A stretch of DNA of 64,000 nt. Origin: Bacteroidales bacterium UBA5507. Its GTDB lineage: Bacteria > Bacteroidota > Bacteroidia > Bacteroidales > Lentimicrobiaceae. The stretch spans positions 55,938-119,937 of the forward strand of contig DIOT01000013.1 of NCBI GenBank assembly GCA_002426195.1. The letters are read 5' to 3'. Both the position numbers and the translations under genes were made by a program. How positions within the stretch are numbered: the first letter of the stretch is position 1; every line of letters starts with the position of its first letter. The notes beneath the pieces are model-generated. The model saw only the letters and a program-made list of their open reading frames with translations. It did not search any database and was not told where the DNA came from. Of this stretch, positions 48,928-58,528 are shown in pieces.

Positions 48928-50478
48928 ATGAAAAATCTATCCTGTTTAACTATCATTTTTTGTTTGATAATAATTTTAGAGATTCATGGAATCAAAGGTT
49001 TTTACAAATCAGATGATAGAATTATCGAGAGTGATGTGCGCCATTACTATGCATGGATTCCTTCGATATTAGTTTACAAAGACATTTCACTCAGCTTTTT
49101 GGATATTAATCCCGATAAGAATAAAGATCACTTTATTACAGTTGACAGAACCCCCGATGGGAAGTTATACTTTAAGACAACGATGGGAGTTGCTCTGCTG
49201 CAGTTACCTTTCATACTTCCTGTTCATTACTTCCTTGAATTGACCGGCAATGAAGCTGATGGATTCTCTATGCCATATAGAATTGCACTGATAATTGGCA
49301 GCCTTTTCTATTATTTTATGGGATTATTTATCATAAGGTTCCTTGTTGTAAAAAGGATGAAACTCAGTGACAAGATTTCTGCTTTGACGATTCTGTTAAT
49401 TGGACTGGGGACTAATATTGTGATATATGTAGCGAGAGAACCGGCATTAAGTCATGTCTACAGCTTTTTTACAATTGGATTGTTCCTTTTGATTACAGAT
49501 AAGTTCTATAGAAATCCAAAATGGATTAACGGTGCTTTAATGGGTATTGTCTTCGGAATAATTACTCTGATCAGACCAATTAATTTAATAGTTGGACTCA
49601 TTCCGGTTTTATGGGGAGTAACTAATTATTCAGATATAAAAGGACGGGTACTTTTATTTTGGAAAAAACCCGGTGTTTTATTAATGATAATTCTGGGCTT
49701 TATAGTAATCTGGACTCCTCAGTTAATGTATAATCTTTATCTGTACGGGAACCTGACATTTCATGGATATGGAACAGGTGATGAAAGATTCTTCTTTAGC
49801 AACCCTCAAATTATAAATAATCTTTTCAGTTACAGGAAAGGATGGTTCTTATATACACCGGCTATGGTACTGGCAGTTTTAGGATTTATTTCATTATATC
49901 GTAACTTTAGATCAATGTTCTGGTCTATACTGGCAATACTTGTGATTTTGATTTACATAAACTCAAGTTGGTATTCATGGTGGTTTGGTGGAAGTTATGG
50001 TCAAAGGGCATACATTGATATTTACGCTTTACTTGCACTCCCTATTGCAGCTTTATTAAATTATGGGTTTTCAAAAGGTTTGAAACTTAAAATTCCTATA
50101 TTGATAATCGTATTCCTGCTTGTTTTTCACAATATGTTTCAGGTAGCACAATATATGAACGGAGCTATACATTATATGTCTATGACTAAAGCTGCGTATT
50201 GGGATTCTTTTGGTAAATTATATCCATCGAACAAATTCAAGGCATATATAGAAGATCCTGACTATGAGCTTGCAAAAAAAGGTATTTATCCTAAACCCAA
50301 AAAAAAGATAGAAACAAGACAAGAATGGATTGAATTTCTTGAAACTGATATCCGGACAAATGAGAAAGCAATGAAATTCTTTTCCGATAAAGCTAAAGAA
50401 GCAAATCTTCCATTAGATACTGTTATTAAGCAAGATGTGATATACATTTATGAGACCAGTTATGCCAATCAGGAGTAA
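48928..50478 (+). CDS. Polytopic membrane protein, probable GT-C glycosyltransferase, with C-terminal 34-aa module
   Basis: About 11 TM helices, acidic first loop ESDVRHYY, and motifs SHVYSFF, LIRP, RKGWFLYTP, WWFGGSYGQR. Confidence 0.65.
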   Translation: MKNLSCLTIIFCLIIILEIHGIKGFYKSDDRIIESDVRHYYAWIPSILVYKDISLSFLDINPDKNKDHFITVDRTPDGKLYFKTTMGVALLQLPFILPVHYFLELTGNEADGFSMPYRIALIIGSLFYYFMGLFIIRFLVVKRMKLSDKISALTILLIGLGTNIVIYVAREPALSHVYSFFTIGLFLLITDKFYRNPKWINGALMGIVFGIITLIRPINLIVGLIPVLWGVTNYSDIKGRVLLFWKKPGVLLMIILGFIVIWTPQLMYNLYLYGNLTFHGYGTGDERFFFSNPQIINNLFSYRKGWFLYTPAMVLAVLGFISLYRNFRSMFWSILAILVILIYINSSWYSWWFGGSYGQRAYIDIYALLALPIAALLNYGFSKGLKLKIPILIIVFLLVFHNMFQVAQYMNGAIHYMSMTKAAYWDSFGKLYPSNKFKAYIEDPDYELAKKGIYPKPKKKIETRQEWIEFLETDIRTNEKAMKFFSDKAKEANLPLDTVIKQDVIYIYETSYANQE

Positions 50479-52093
50479 AATACTCAATCCTTTTAGAAGA
50501 AAAGAGAGGTTATTCACTTTTGCTTTTATTCTGACTGTTGCCTTATTTGCTGTTCTGTATGGACTAACCTCATTAGTTCCGCATTCTCTATTCAAAACCC
50601 ATGCTCTGGATCTTGGAATGTTCAACCATGCTGTTTATTCATACGCTCATCTTAGACCTAATAACTTTACTCTCGACATCTCAGGTGCAGCTATTCCTTA
50701 TCTGGGAGATCATTTTTCTCCGATAACAATGCTGTATGCTCCTTTTTATTATTTATTTGGAAGTTATACGTTACTAATTATCCAGACATTTTCCATTTTG
50801 TTCGGAGGAATAGGCGTTTATCAATATGCTCGTTTCAAAAATTACAATAATTGGATCAGTTTACTTTTTATGATCCATTTTCTCATTTTATGGCCAATCT
50901 TCTCTGCTTTATCTTTTGATTTTCATAATAATGTTGTGGCAGCAATGCTTGTCCCATGGCTTGTACTTTACTTTGAAAAAGGGAACCTTAAATACACTCT
51001 TATCTTTTTCGTGCTTATTTTGATTTCAAAAGAGAATATGTCATTATGGCTCGCATTTATTATTTTAGCACTTCTCTTACGTGAAAAGAATTATTACACC
51101 GGATTAAGCAGGAAAACTGCAATAATTCTGGCCCTGACATCCCTGATTTATTTTGTTGTTGTAGTTAATATCATAATGCCAGCCTATTCCAAGGGTTTAG
51201 GAACAAATCAACTAGGCCGGTATGATCATTTGGGTGGATCTTTTGAAAATATAATTATCGGCTTCTTCAAAAATCCCAGATACTATTTTACTCTCTTATT
51301 TGAAGATACGTTCCAGTTGAATGCAACAGGAGTTAAAAGTGACTTCTGGTTCTCATTCCTTATTGCAGGTGGCTTTGCTGTTATATACAAGCCAAGGTAT
51401 TTGATAATGATAGCTCCGGTAATATCTCAAAAAATGTTCTCTGAAAGTCATTCTTTTTGGGGCACCGGTGGTCAATATTCTATTGAAATTGTCCCAATTA
51501 TAAGTCTTGCCCTGATATCTTTGCTATTAACCACCAAAAAGAATTACATGAAGGCAATTATTCTGGTTGCTTTGATCATATTTGGAAGACCGGGATTCAG
51601 CGCATTCAGGGCTGAGCATTACAAGTCTGACCTGGATATAGTACAATTAAAAGCTGATCTTAAGATAATACCTCCAAAGGCAGTTATTTCTGTTAGTTCT
51701 GATCTTTCTCCTCATTTATTCAGGCGAGAAAAGATCTATCATTACCCAATTATTAAAGATGCTGAATTTATAGTCCTTCTAAAGAACAGAAATCCGTACC
51801 CTCTTAGATCAGAAGATTTTGTTAAGAATATAGATAAGCTAAAGAAAGATCCTGCATCTACAATTCTCGTTGACAGTCGGGATATGATTATTTTTAAAGT
51901 AGTTCCAAATAATAGAACCTCATCCTACGACCCGGATTACCTTGAAAAAATAGCTGTTTTTGAAAAGAAGATCAGAGAGTCAGAAAAAATGATGAATGTG
52001 ATGAAGGAAAAGGCTATCAGACATAATCAACCACTCGACACGGTGATTCGTCACGATGCCATTTGGTTATATAACAATCAAAAAAGTAAGTGA
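50450..52093 (+). CDS. DUF2079-like membrane protein (probable GT-C) with C-terminal 34-aa module
   Basis: DLGMFNHAVY, LGDHFSP, FDFH, SKEN motifs and many TM helices. Overlaps both neighbours. Confidence 0.72.
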   Translation: MRPVMPIRSKILNPFRRKERLFTFAFILTVALFAVLYGLTSLVPHSLFKTHALDLGMFNHAVYSYAHLRPNNFTLDISGAAIPYLGDHFSPITMLYAPFYYLFGSYTLLIIQTFSILFGGIGVYQYARFKNYNNWISLLFMIHFLILWPIFSALSFDFHNNVVAAMLVPWLVLYFEKGNLKYTLIFFVLILISKENMSLWLAFIILALLLREKNYYTGLSRKTAIILALTSLIYFVVVVNIIMPAYSKGLGTNQLGRYDHLGGSFENIIIGFFKNPRYYFTLLFEDTFQLNATGVKSDFWFSFLIAGGFAVIYKPRYLIMIAPVISQKMFSESHSFWGTGGQYSIEIVPIISLALISLLLTTKKNYMKAIILVALIIFGRPGFSAFRAEHYKSDLDIVQLKADLKIIPPKAVISVSSDLSPHLFRREKIYHYPIIKDAEFIVLLKNRNPYPLRSEDFVKNIDKLKKDPASTILVDSRDMIIFKVVPNNRTSSYDPDYLEKIAVFEKKIRESEKMMNVMKEKAIRHNQPLDTVIRHDAIWLYNNQKSK

Positions 52094-53715
52094 TAGCCAT
52101 GTATCTGAATGATAAATCGGGCCTTGTAAGAAACTTGCTCTTATACACTGCTTTACTGGCCATTCCTGCTTTTCTTATTTTCTCGTCATTAAGAAGAATC
52201 GAACAAAGAGAGGATATATGGTATGGTGGGGGTTATGACCCTGCCTATGCTTATCTGCACAACTCCCTGAATATTGCGACATTAAAACTTCCGGGACATG
52301 TGGATCATCCGGGAACACCGATGCAGGTCATAGGAGGAATTGTCCTTAGAGTATCATACCTGATAAAGCCTTTTGGAGGTGAAACATTAGCTGATGCTGT
52401 AATTCAACAACCTGAATACTATTTGAAAGTTCTAAACAGGTCGGTTGCATGGTTAAGTGTACTTTTCATTCTTTCGATCGGACTTATTGTTCATCGTTTC
52501 ACACGAAACATCTGGTATGCTCTGTTAATTCAATCTACACCATTACTTTCAGCCCTTTTATTATATAATGGATTCCTGAGAATATCGCAGGAGGTTGTCC
52601 TTATGATCGCTTCAGTTTCTTTTGGAGTGTTCTGTCTTTACTGGTATTATAATTCAGCAAAACGAAAGACACACTATTATACTGATGGATTTGGAATAAT
52701 TACAGGTTTTGGCATTGCTTCAAAAATTATTTTTCTGCCTCTGATGATTATTCCTTTCGTGCTTTTCAGCACAAGAGAAAACAGATTCAGGTATATTAAA
52801 GCAACAATACTCTCATTTATATTCTTCACAATACCCATTATACCTGCATACCCGTCGATGGGATGGTGGATAATCAGATTATTTACGCACTCAGGTATTT
52901 ACGGATCAGGAGCGGCTACAGTGATTGACACGTCCTCCTATCTTAATGATCTGAAATCAATGTTTGTGGGAGAGCCTTTCCTGATGTATACATTTCTGGC
53001 ATCTGCTGTGTTCATCCTGGCACTTTCTATTCTAAGATTTAAGGGTAGGAAGGAAAACGACGGTGCATTAAGGTTACTTATTGCTGTTATTATCGCCCAG
53101 ACTGCGGGTTTCTTAATCACTGCCAAACACCCTAATGTAAATTACCTGTTACCGTATGTTTGCCTTTCGACAAGCAGTATGGTTATTATGATTACCATTC
53201 TGTCAGAAAGAATCAGGTTGCATTGGGTGCGACAGGTTACAGTGGCAGTAACTGTATCAGGACTGATATTGATTATGGGGTACAGATTCAGGTCACCACT
53301 CTCAGGAATGTTTACCATAAACAATAACAGGCACTTTGAGTATGCATGGCAACTGGCTCTGAATAAAGATGCAGGAATGAAACAGGCAGTTATAGGGGTA
53401 AATCCAGGGCCCTCTCCTATTGCAGCACAATTCTTTGCCAATGCATACAGCAGAATGCGATATGCCGGTGTATTAGAGAATTATTATCCTGATTACTATA
53501 TCTTCGATACATATAGCGGTCGATTGGTGAACTGGAATAATGAACAAGTTTCATGGAAGGAACTGGCACATCTTTATCAAGGTAACATAAGAATAATTGG
53601 GGAAGCAGGCTTTGAATCACAGATTGGTAAACATATTGAGACACACTCCAATAACCTTTATATTGAAAGAATCTGGTCGCATAACCATGCTGTTGTGGTA
53701 TGGGGTGTTAAATAG
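52090..53715 (+). CDS. Polytopic membrane protein, probable GT-C glycosyltransferase
   Basis: First loop YDPAYAYL..HVDHPGTP (acidic residue + HP motif as in ArnT/PMT-like folds) and about 11 TM helices. GTGA overlap with the upstream gene. Confidence 0.6.
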   Translation: MIAMYLNDKSGLVRNLLLYTALLAIPAFLIFSSLRRIEQREDIWYGGGYDPAYAYLHNSLNIATLKLPGHVDHPGTPMQVIGGIVLRVSYLIKPFGGETLADAVIQQPEYYLKVLNRSVAWLSVLFILSIGLIVHRFTRNIWYALLIQSTPLLSALLLYNGFLRISQEVVLMIASVSFGVFCLYWYYNSAKRKTHYYTDGFGIITGFGIASKIIFLPLMIIPFVLFSTRENRFRYIKATILSFIFFTIPIIPAYPSMGWWIIRLFTHSGIYGSGAATVIDTSSYLNDLKSMFVGEPFLMYTFLASAVFILALSILRFKGRKENDGALRLLIAVIIAQTAGFLITAKHPNVNYLLPYVCLSTSSMVIMITILSERIRLHWVRQVTVAVTVSGLILIMGYRFRSPLSGMFTINNNRHFEYAWQLALNKDAGMKQAVIGVNPGPSPIAAQFFANAYSRMRYAGVLENYYPDYYIFDTYSGRLVNWNNEQVSWKELAHLYQGNIRIIGEAGFESQIGKHIETHSNNLYIERIWSHNHAVVVWGVK

Positions 53716-53723
53716 TAAAGCAT

Positions 53724-55127
53724 ATGATAGAACAATTAAACAGGATAGCTTCGAAAAGAGACAGATATATACGTAAGAGCCGGCATTACTATAACGACCT
53801 GAAAAGATTTTATCATTTCAATATTCCGGAAGGTTCAAGGGTACTTGAAGTTGGCTGTGGAACAGGGTTTTTACTCAACTCGGTTAATCCATCATACGGA
53901 GTTGGAATTGACATTTCACCGGCTATGATTGAAATAGCCCAAAAAAACTATCCGCATTTAAGATTTTATGCACATGATGCAGGAGAATTCTCATTTGAAG
54001 AAAAGTTTGATTATGTGATTATCTCTGACACACTCGGATATTTAAATGACATTCAGAAGGTATTCAATACAATAAAACAAGCAGTTGATGCAGATACCCG
54101 GATTATAATCAACTACCATAATTTCTTCTGGGAACCATTTCTGGCAATAGCACAGAAATTAAAACTCAAGATGCCACACAAGAGACTGAACTGGCTGGGC
54201 AGATCAGATGTGGTCAATTTACTCGGGATTGAAGGCTTCGATGTTGTTAAAACAGGGAAAAGGTACTTGCTTCCCCTGTATATTCCAATAATTTCCTGGT
54301 TTTTTAATAAGTACCTTGCACATTTGCCCCTTATTAACAGCTTTTGCCTTATTGGCTATTTAATTGCACGTTTGCCAAAACAATTGCCACACGACAACAA
54401 GCAGTTCTCAGTGAGTGTAATTGTACCGGCACGAAATGAAGAAGGTAATATAGAAGATGCTGTTAAAAGAATACCCGACATGGGAAAGCATACCGAAATA
54501 ATTTTTGTTGAGGGAGGGTCTTCTGATAACACGCTAAACGAGATTAAAAGGGTTTGCGAAGTCTGGTCGGATAAAAGAGATGTGAAATATTACATTCAAT
54601 CAGGCAAAGGAAAGGGAGATGCAGTAAGACTGGGTTTCGAAAAAGCAGAAGGTGATATACTAATGATACTGGATGCTGATCTAACAGTACCACCCGAAGA
54701 CTTAAGCAAATTTTACAATGCCATTGCAACCGGAAAGGGTGAATATATTAATGGATCACGATTGGTGTACCCTATGGAAGATGAAGCAATGCGAACACTG
54801 AATATATTGGGAAATAAGTTTTTCTCCGTTATGTTCTCGTGGCTTTTGAATCAAAGGATTAAGGATACTTTGTGTGGCACAAAAGTAATTTCCAAAAACA
54901 ACTATAATAAGTTGATCGCGAATCGGTCATACTTTGGAAATTTTGATCCTTTCGGTGATTTTGACCTGATATTCGGATCAGCTAAACTTAACCTTAAGCT
55001 TGTGGAGGTACCAATACGATATAGAGCACGCAAATACGGTGAGACCAATATTTCTCGCTTTTCGCATGGTTGGCTATTGCTTAAAATGGTTTTTTATGCA
55101 ATGAATAAGATAAAGTTCGTCTATTAA
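53724..55127 (+). CDS. Class I SAM-dependent methyltransferase / GT2 glycosyltransferase fusion
   Basis: N-terminal VLEVGCGTG..GIDIS. C-terminal VIVPARNEEGNI, GKGDAV, ILDADL, GSRL, DTLCGTK (polyprenyl-phosphate glycosyltransferase-like). Confidence 0.9.
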   Translation: MIEQLNRIASKRDRYIRKSRHYYNDLKRFYHFNIPEGSRVLEVGCGTGFLLNSVNPSYGVGIDISPAMIEIAQKNYPHLRFYAHDAGEFSFEEKFDYVIISDTLGYLNDIQKVFNTIKQAVDADTRIIINYHNFFWEPFLAIAQKLKLKMPHKRLNWLGRSDVVNLLGIEGFDVVKTGKRYLLPLYIPIISWFFNKYLAHLPLINSFCLIGYLIARLPKQLPHDNKQFSVSVIVPARNEEGNIEDAVKRIPDMGKHTEIIFVEGGSSDNTLNEIKRVCEVWSDKRDVKYYIQSGKGKGDAVRLGFEKAEGDILMILDADLTVPPEDLSKFYNAIATGKGEYINGSRLVYPMEDEAMRTLNILGNKFFSVMFSWLLNQRIKDTLCGTKVISKNNYNKLIANRSYFGNFDPFGDFDLIFGSAKLNLKLVEVPIRYRARKYGETNISRFSHGWLLLKMVFYAMNKIKFVY

Positions 55128-55142
55128 AAGTACAGGGCAGTC

Positions 55143-57044
55143 TTAATAGGCCCTCTCATTTCTACCTTCAATGTAGTTTATAAACGACCTGTTGACTACC
55201 TTATTTCCACCCGGTGTAGGATAGTTTCCTGTAAAGTACCAATCACCTGTGTGCTCCGGAATTGCCTGATGCAGGTCTTCGATAGTCTGGAAAACAATCT
55301 TTACTTCAGCATGACAACCCTGAGGCTTGACAAGTTCTGAAATTTTTGCTGAAATCTGATTTGCTGTAAACGGCTTATAAATTTCCTTAACATAATTTAC
55401 AACCTGCTCCTTGGGATAATTCTCTTGCTCCTTACACTTCTTGTATACAACATTGATTACATGGTGCTTGTTATTTTCTTTCAGTAACTCGATTGCAGCG
55501 TTGAAAGCAATAAAATCACCAAGTTTGGCCATATCAATCCCATAACAATCAGGATATCGTATTTGTGGAGCAGATGAAGCTATTACTATCTTTTTTGGCC
55601 CAAGTCGGTCAAGTATTTTTATGATACTCTTGCGTAATGTAGTTCCTCTGACTATTGAGTCATCCACTACCACGAGGTTGTCAACGCCGGTATTAATGAT
55701 TCCGTATGTAACATCATAAACATGAGCGACAAGATCATCACGGGCATTGTCCTGAGTAATGAAGGTTCTGAGCTTAATATCTTTAACGGCCACTTTTTCC
55801 ATACGTGGCTTTAAGTTCATAATCTCTTCTACTCTTTCCGGGGTCAGTGTGGCAGCTTCTTTCAGAAGTTGCTCCTTTTTGAGCTTATTGCAGAAATTAT
55901 TCAACTCCTCAATCAATCCGTAATACGCAACAGCCGCTGTATTGGGTATGTATGAAAATACTGTATTCTTTATGTCGTGGTCAACGGCATCAAGTATAGC
56001 AGGGGTTAACACTTTCCCAAGGTGCTTTCTTTCCCTGTATATGTCAACGTCAGTACCACGGCTAAAATAAATGCGTTCGAATGAACATGCCTTTTTGTCA
56101 CGTGGTTCAAGTACTTGTGCCATCTCAACCGAACCATTTTTTCTGATAATAAGAGCATGTCCGGGATTTATCTCTTTTATGGTACTGAACGGCACATTGA
56201 AAGCAGTTTGTATTACAGGTCTTTCGGAAGCAATTGCCACCACTTCATCATCCTGATAATAGAATGCGGGTCGTATACCTGAAGGATCACGGAATACAAA
56301 TGCATCCCCGTGACCAAACATACCGGCAATAGCGTAACCACCATCCCAGCTTGCCGAAGCGTTGCTTAGTATTCCCTTAATATCAAGATTTGAGGCAATT
56401 AAAGGGGTAACTTCTATTTTACTATAACCTTCCGACTTATACTGTTCATATAGCCTTTCATTTTCCTCATCAAGGAAATGCCCTATTTTCTCAAGAATGG
56501 TAATTGTATCGGAAGTATGGACAGGATACTGACCAAGGTTTACCAATCTATTAAACAGTTCATCAACATTGGTCATATTGAAATTGCCGGCCAGCAGAAG
56601 ATTTCGGGTCATCCAGTTATTTGCACGGTGTACGGGATGGAGATACTGCACTCCGGTGTTCCCGAAAGTTCCATACCTCAAATGACCCATAAACAGTTCT
56701 CCGGCAAATCCCGTCTTTAATTTCAGGTCCTGAAGATCAGGTAATAATCCCGGGTGTCCTTTTTTATATTCATTGATTTCTGAGTATGCCGCCATGAAAA
56801 CATCGGCAATAGGAGTATTAGTGTTTGACCGGTGTCTGCTGATATATTGTTGTCCGGGGACGGGATCAAGCTTAATACATGCTATTCCTGCTCCATCCTG
56901 GCCTCTGTTATGTTGCTTTTCCATCAGCAGATGGAGTTTATTAAGTCCCCACGTGTTGGTATTGTATTTACCCTGATAATGTTCCAGGGGCTTCAACAAT
57001 CTCACCATTGCAATACCACATTCATGCTTAATCTGTTCGCTCAT
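55143..57044 (-). CDS. purF: Amidophosphoribosyltransferase (long Bacteroidota type)
   Basis: HECGIA (Ntn Cys), QHNRGQDGAG, GHLRY, CSFERIYFSR, VVVDDSIVRGTT, YGIDM. Confidence 0.88.
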   Translation of the reverse strand: MSEQIKHECGIAMVRLLKPLEHYQGKYNTNTWGLNKLHLLMEKQHNRGQDGAGIACIKLDPVPGQQYISRHRSNTNTPIADVFMAAYSEINEYKKGHPGLLPDLQDLKLKTGFAGELFMGHLRYGTFGNTGVQYLHPVHRANNWMTRNLLLAGNFNMTNVDELFNRLVNLGQYPVHTSDTITILEKIGHFLDEENERLYEQYKSEGYSKIEVTPLIASNLDIKGILSNASASWDGGYAIAGMFGHGDAFVFRDPSGIRPAFYYQDDEVVAIASERPVIQTAFNVPFSTIKEINPGHALIIRKNGSVEMAQVLEPRDKKACSFERIYFSRGTDVDIYRERKHLGKVLTPAILDAVDHDIKNTVFSYIPNTAAVAYYGLIEELNNFCNKLKKEQLLKEAATLTPERVEEIMNLKPRMEKVAVKDIKLRTFITQDNARDDLVAHVYDVTYGIINTGVDNLVVVDDSIVRGTTLRKSIIKILDRLGPKKIVIASSAPQIRYPDCYGIDMAKLGDFIAFNAAIELLKENNKHHVINVVYKKCKEQENYPKEQVVNYVKEIYKPFTANQISAKISELVKPQGCHAEVKIVFQTIEDLHQAIPEHTGDWYFTGNYPTPGGNKVVNRSFINYIEGRNERAY

Positions 57045-57199
57045 AATGCCCCTGATTTTTGATATTAGAATTTTCTGCTATATTTGCTTGACAATCTTTT
57101 TGTGATGCAGCAAAAAATGGAAGTGCAAAAATAAACATTTTCGGGGGATTGCCATTCATATCATTCTTAATATTAATTATCTGATTAACAACATATTGT

Positions 57200-57655
57200 A
57201 TGAATAGTGTCAGGGTAAGGTATGCAACTTTTGATGACGAATCATTTATTATTGAGAGTCAGTTAAAAATGGCAAAGGAGACAGAAAATCTTGATCTTGA
57301 TAGAGTTACAGTTACATCTGGTGTAAAATCTGTCTTTAATGATTCCCAAAAAGGATTTTATATTGTTGGTGAAGTAAACGGTGATGTTGTTTCATGTTTA
57401 ATGATTACACCTGAATGGAGTGACTGGCGAAGCAACTGGGTATGGTGGATTCAGTCAGTTTATGTCGCAGATGAAATGCGGAAATCAGGTATATTCTCAA
57501 ACATGTATACTTTCATAAAAGAGATTGTTAGTAAGAAATCAGATGTCGCAGGAATTAGACTTTATGTAGATAATACTAATTTGAATGCCCGGCAAGTTTA
57601 CCGGAAGATTGGAATGACAGATGAGCATTACCGATTATTTGAATGGATGAAATAA
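57200..57655 (+). CDS. GNAT family N-acetyltransferase
   Basis: EWSDWR, WIQSVYV..MRKSGIF, RLYVD..N..A..VY..IGM. Confidence 0.9.
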   Translation: MNSVRVRYATFDDESFIIESQLKMAKETENLDLDRVTVTSGVKSVFNDSQKGFYIVGEVNGDVVSCLMITPEWSDWRSNWVWWIQSVYVADEMRKSGIFSNMYTFIKEIVSKKSDVAGIRLYVDNTNLNARQVYRKIGMTDEHYRLFEWMK

Positions 57656-57688
57656 TAATAACAAGCCTTAAAAATTTATATAATAATT

Positions 57689-58480
57689 ATGAAAGCCCGT
57701 TTAACAATACTACTCGTATTCGTTGTGTTTTCCGGTTTTGCCCAACCAGGGTTTAATAACCGCAATTGCCGGTCTGCTATGCCCGATAATTTGTTTCGTC
57801 AAAGGCACAAAGCAATAACAGCAGCCAGATCAGAGAGCCAGAAATTTGAGATGGCCAAAATTCTGGCTCTTGATGAATGCCTGAGCACTTTGCAAGTAAA
57901 GAGTGTTGCCGATATTCTGAGAAATGACTTTGATAAATTGGAGTTTGCCAAGATGTCATACCAGAATACGGTAGATAAGGAAAACTTCTATAATGTGTTT
58001 GATTCCTTTACTCACATGTCAACTGCTTTCCTGCTATATGACTATCTGCAGGAGAAGAATTCACTCTCATACCCTATAGATTATCTTCCTCCAAGTCATG
58101 GTGATAACAATTACAATAACCCTATTCATGATAACGAATATCATGGTGGTAATTTCAATAATAACGACCAGGGGATGAATGGTCCATGCCACATCACCCA
58201 AAGAGAATTTGAAAACATGCTTCAAACTATCAGGAATGAAAGCTTTGATGACACTAAGATCACGATAATCAAAAATATATTGAAGCTGAATCCTTGTATA
58301 AGAACACAGCAACTAAAAGAAGTTATTGCACTGTTATCTTTTGATGCCAACAAACTTGAGATTGCGAAATACGCATATGAATATACTCTTGACCGGGAAA
58401 ATTACTATTCGATAGCCGATTCGCTCACTTTTAGTTCTTCGAAAGAAGATCTGATGAAATTTATTCAATCCAGACATTGA
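57689..58480 (+). CDS. Exported protein with two DUF4476-like repeats
   Basis: Signal peptide. Two copies of C...Q........F...KLE.AK..Y....D.ENY/F....DS..F separated by an Asn/His-rich linker. Confidence 0.75.
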   Translation: MKARLTILLVFVVFSGFAQPGFNNRNCRSAMPDNLFRQRHKAITAARSESQKFEMAKILALDECLSTLQVKSVADILRNDFDKLEFAKMSYQNTVDKENFYNVFDSFTHMSTAFLLYDYLQEKNSLSYPIDYLPPSHGDNNYNNPIHDNEYHGGNFNNNDQGMNGPCHITQREFENMLQTIRNESFDDTKITIIKNILKLNPCIRTQQLKEVIALLSFDANKLEIAKYAYEYTLDRENYYSIADSLTFSSSKEDLMKFIQSRH

Positions 58481-58528
58481 TTTGATTGTTTCTTCCTGTA
58501 ACTACGTTTTACTGTATATTTTAATTTA

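Noticed and set aside
52090-55127. A fourth or fifth copy of the 34-aa C-terminal module in the last two genes of the GT operon
   Set aside because: Their C-termini (…IERIWSHNHAVVVWGVK and …FYAMNKIKFVY) do not match the IR..M..KA..N..D..D pattern.
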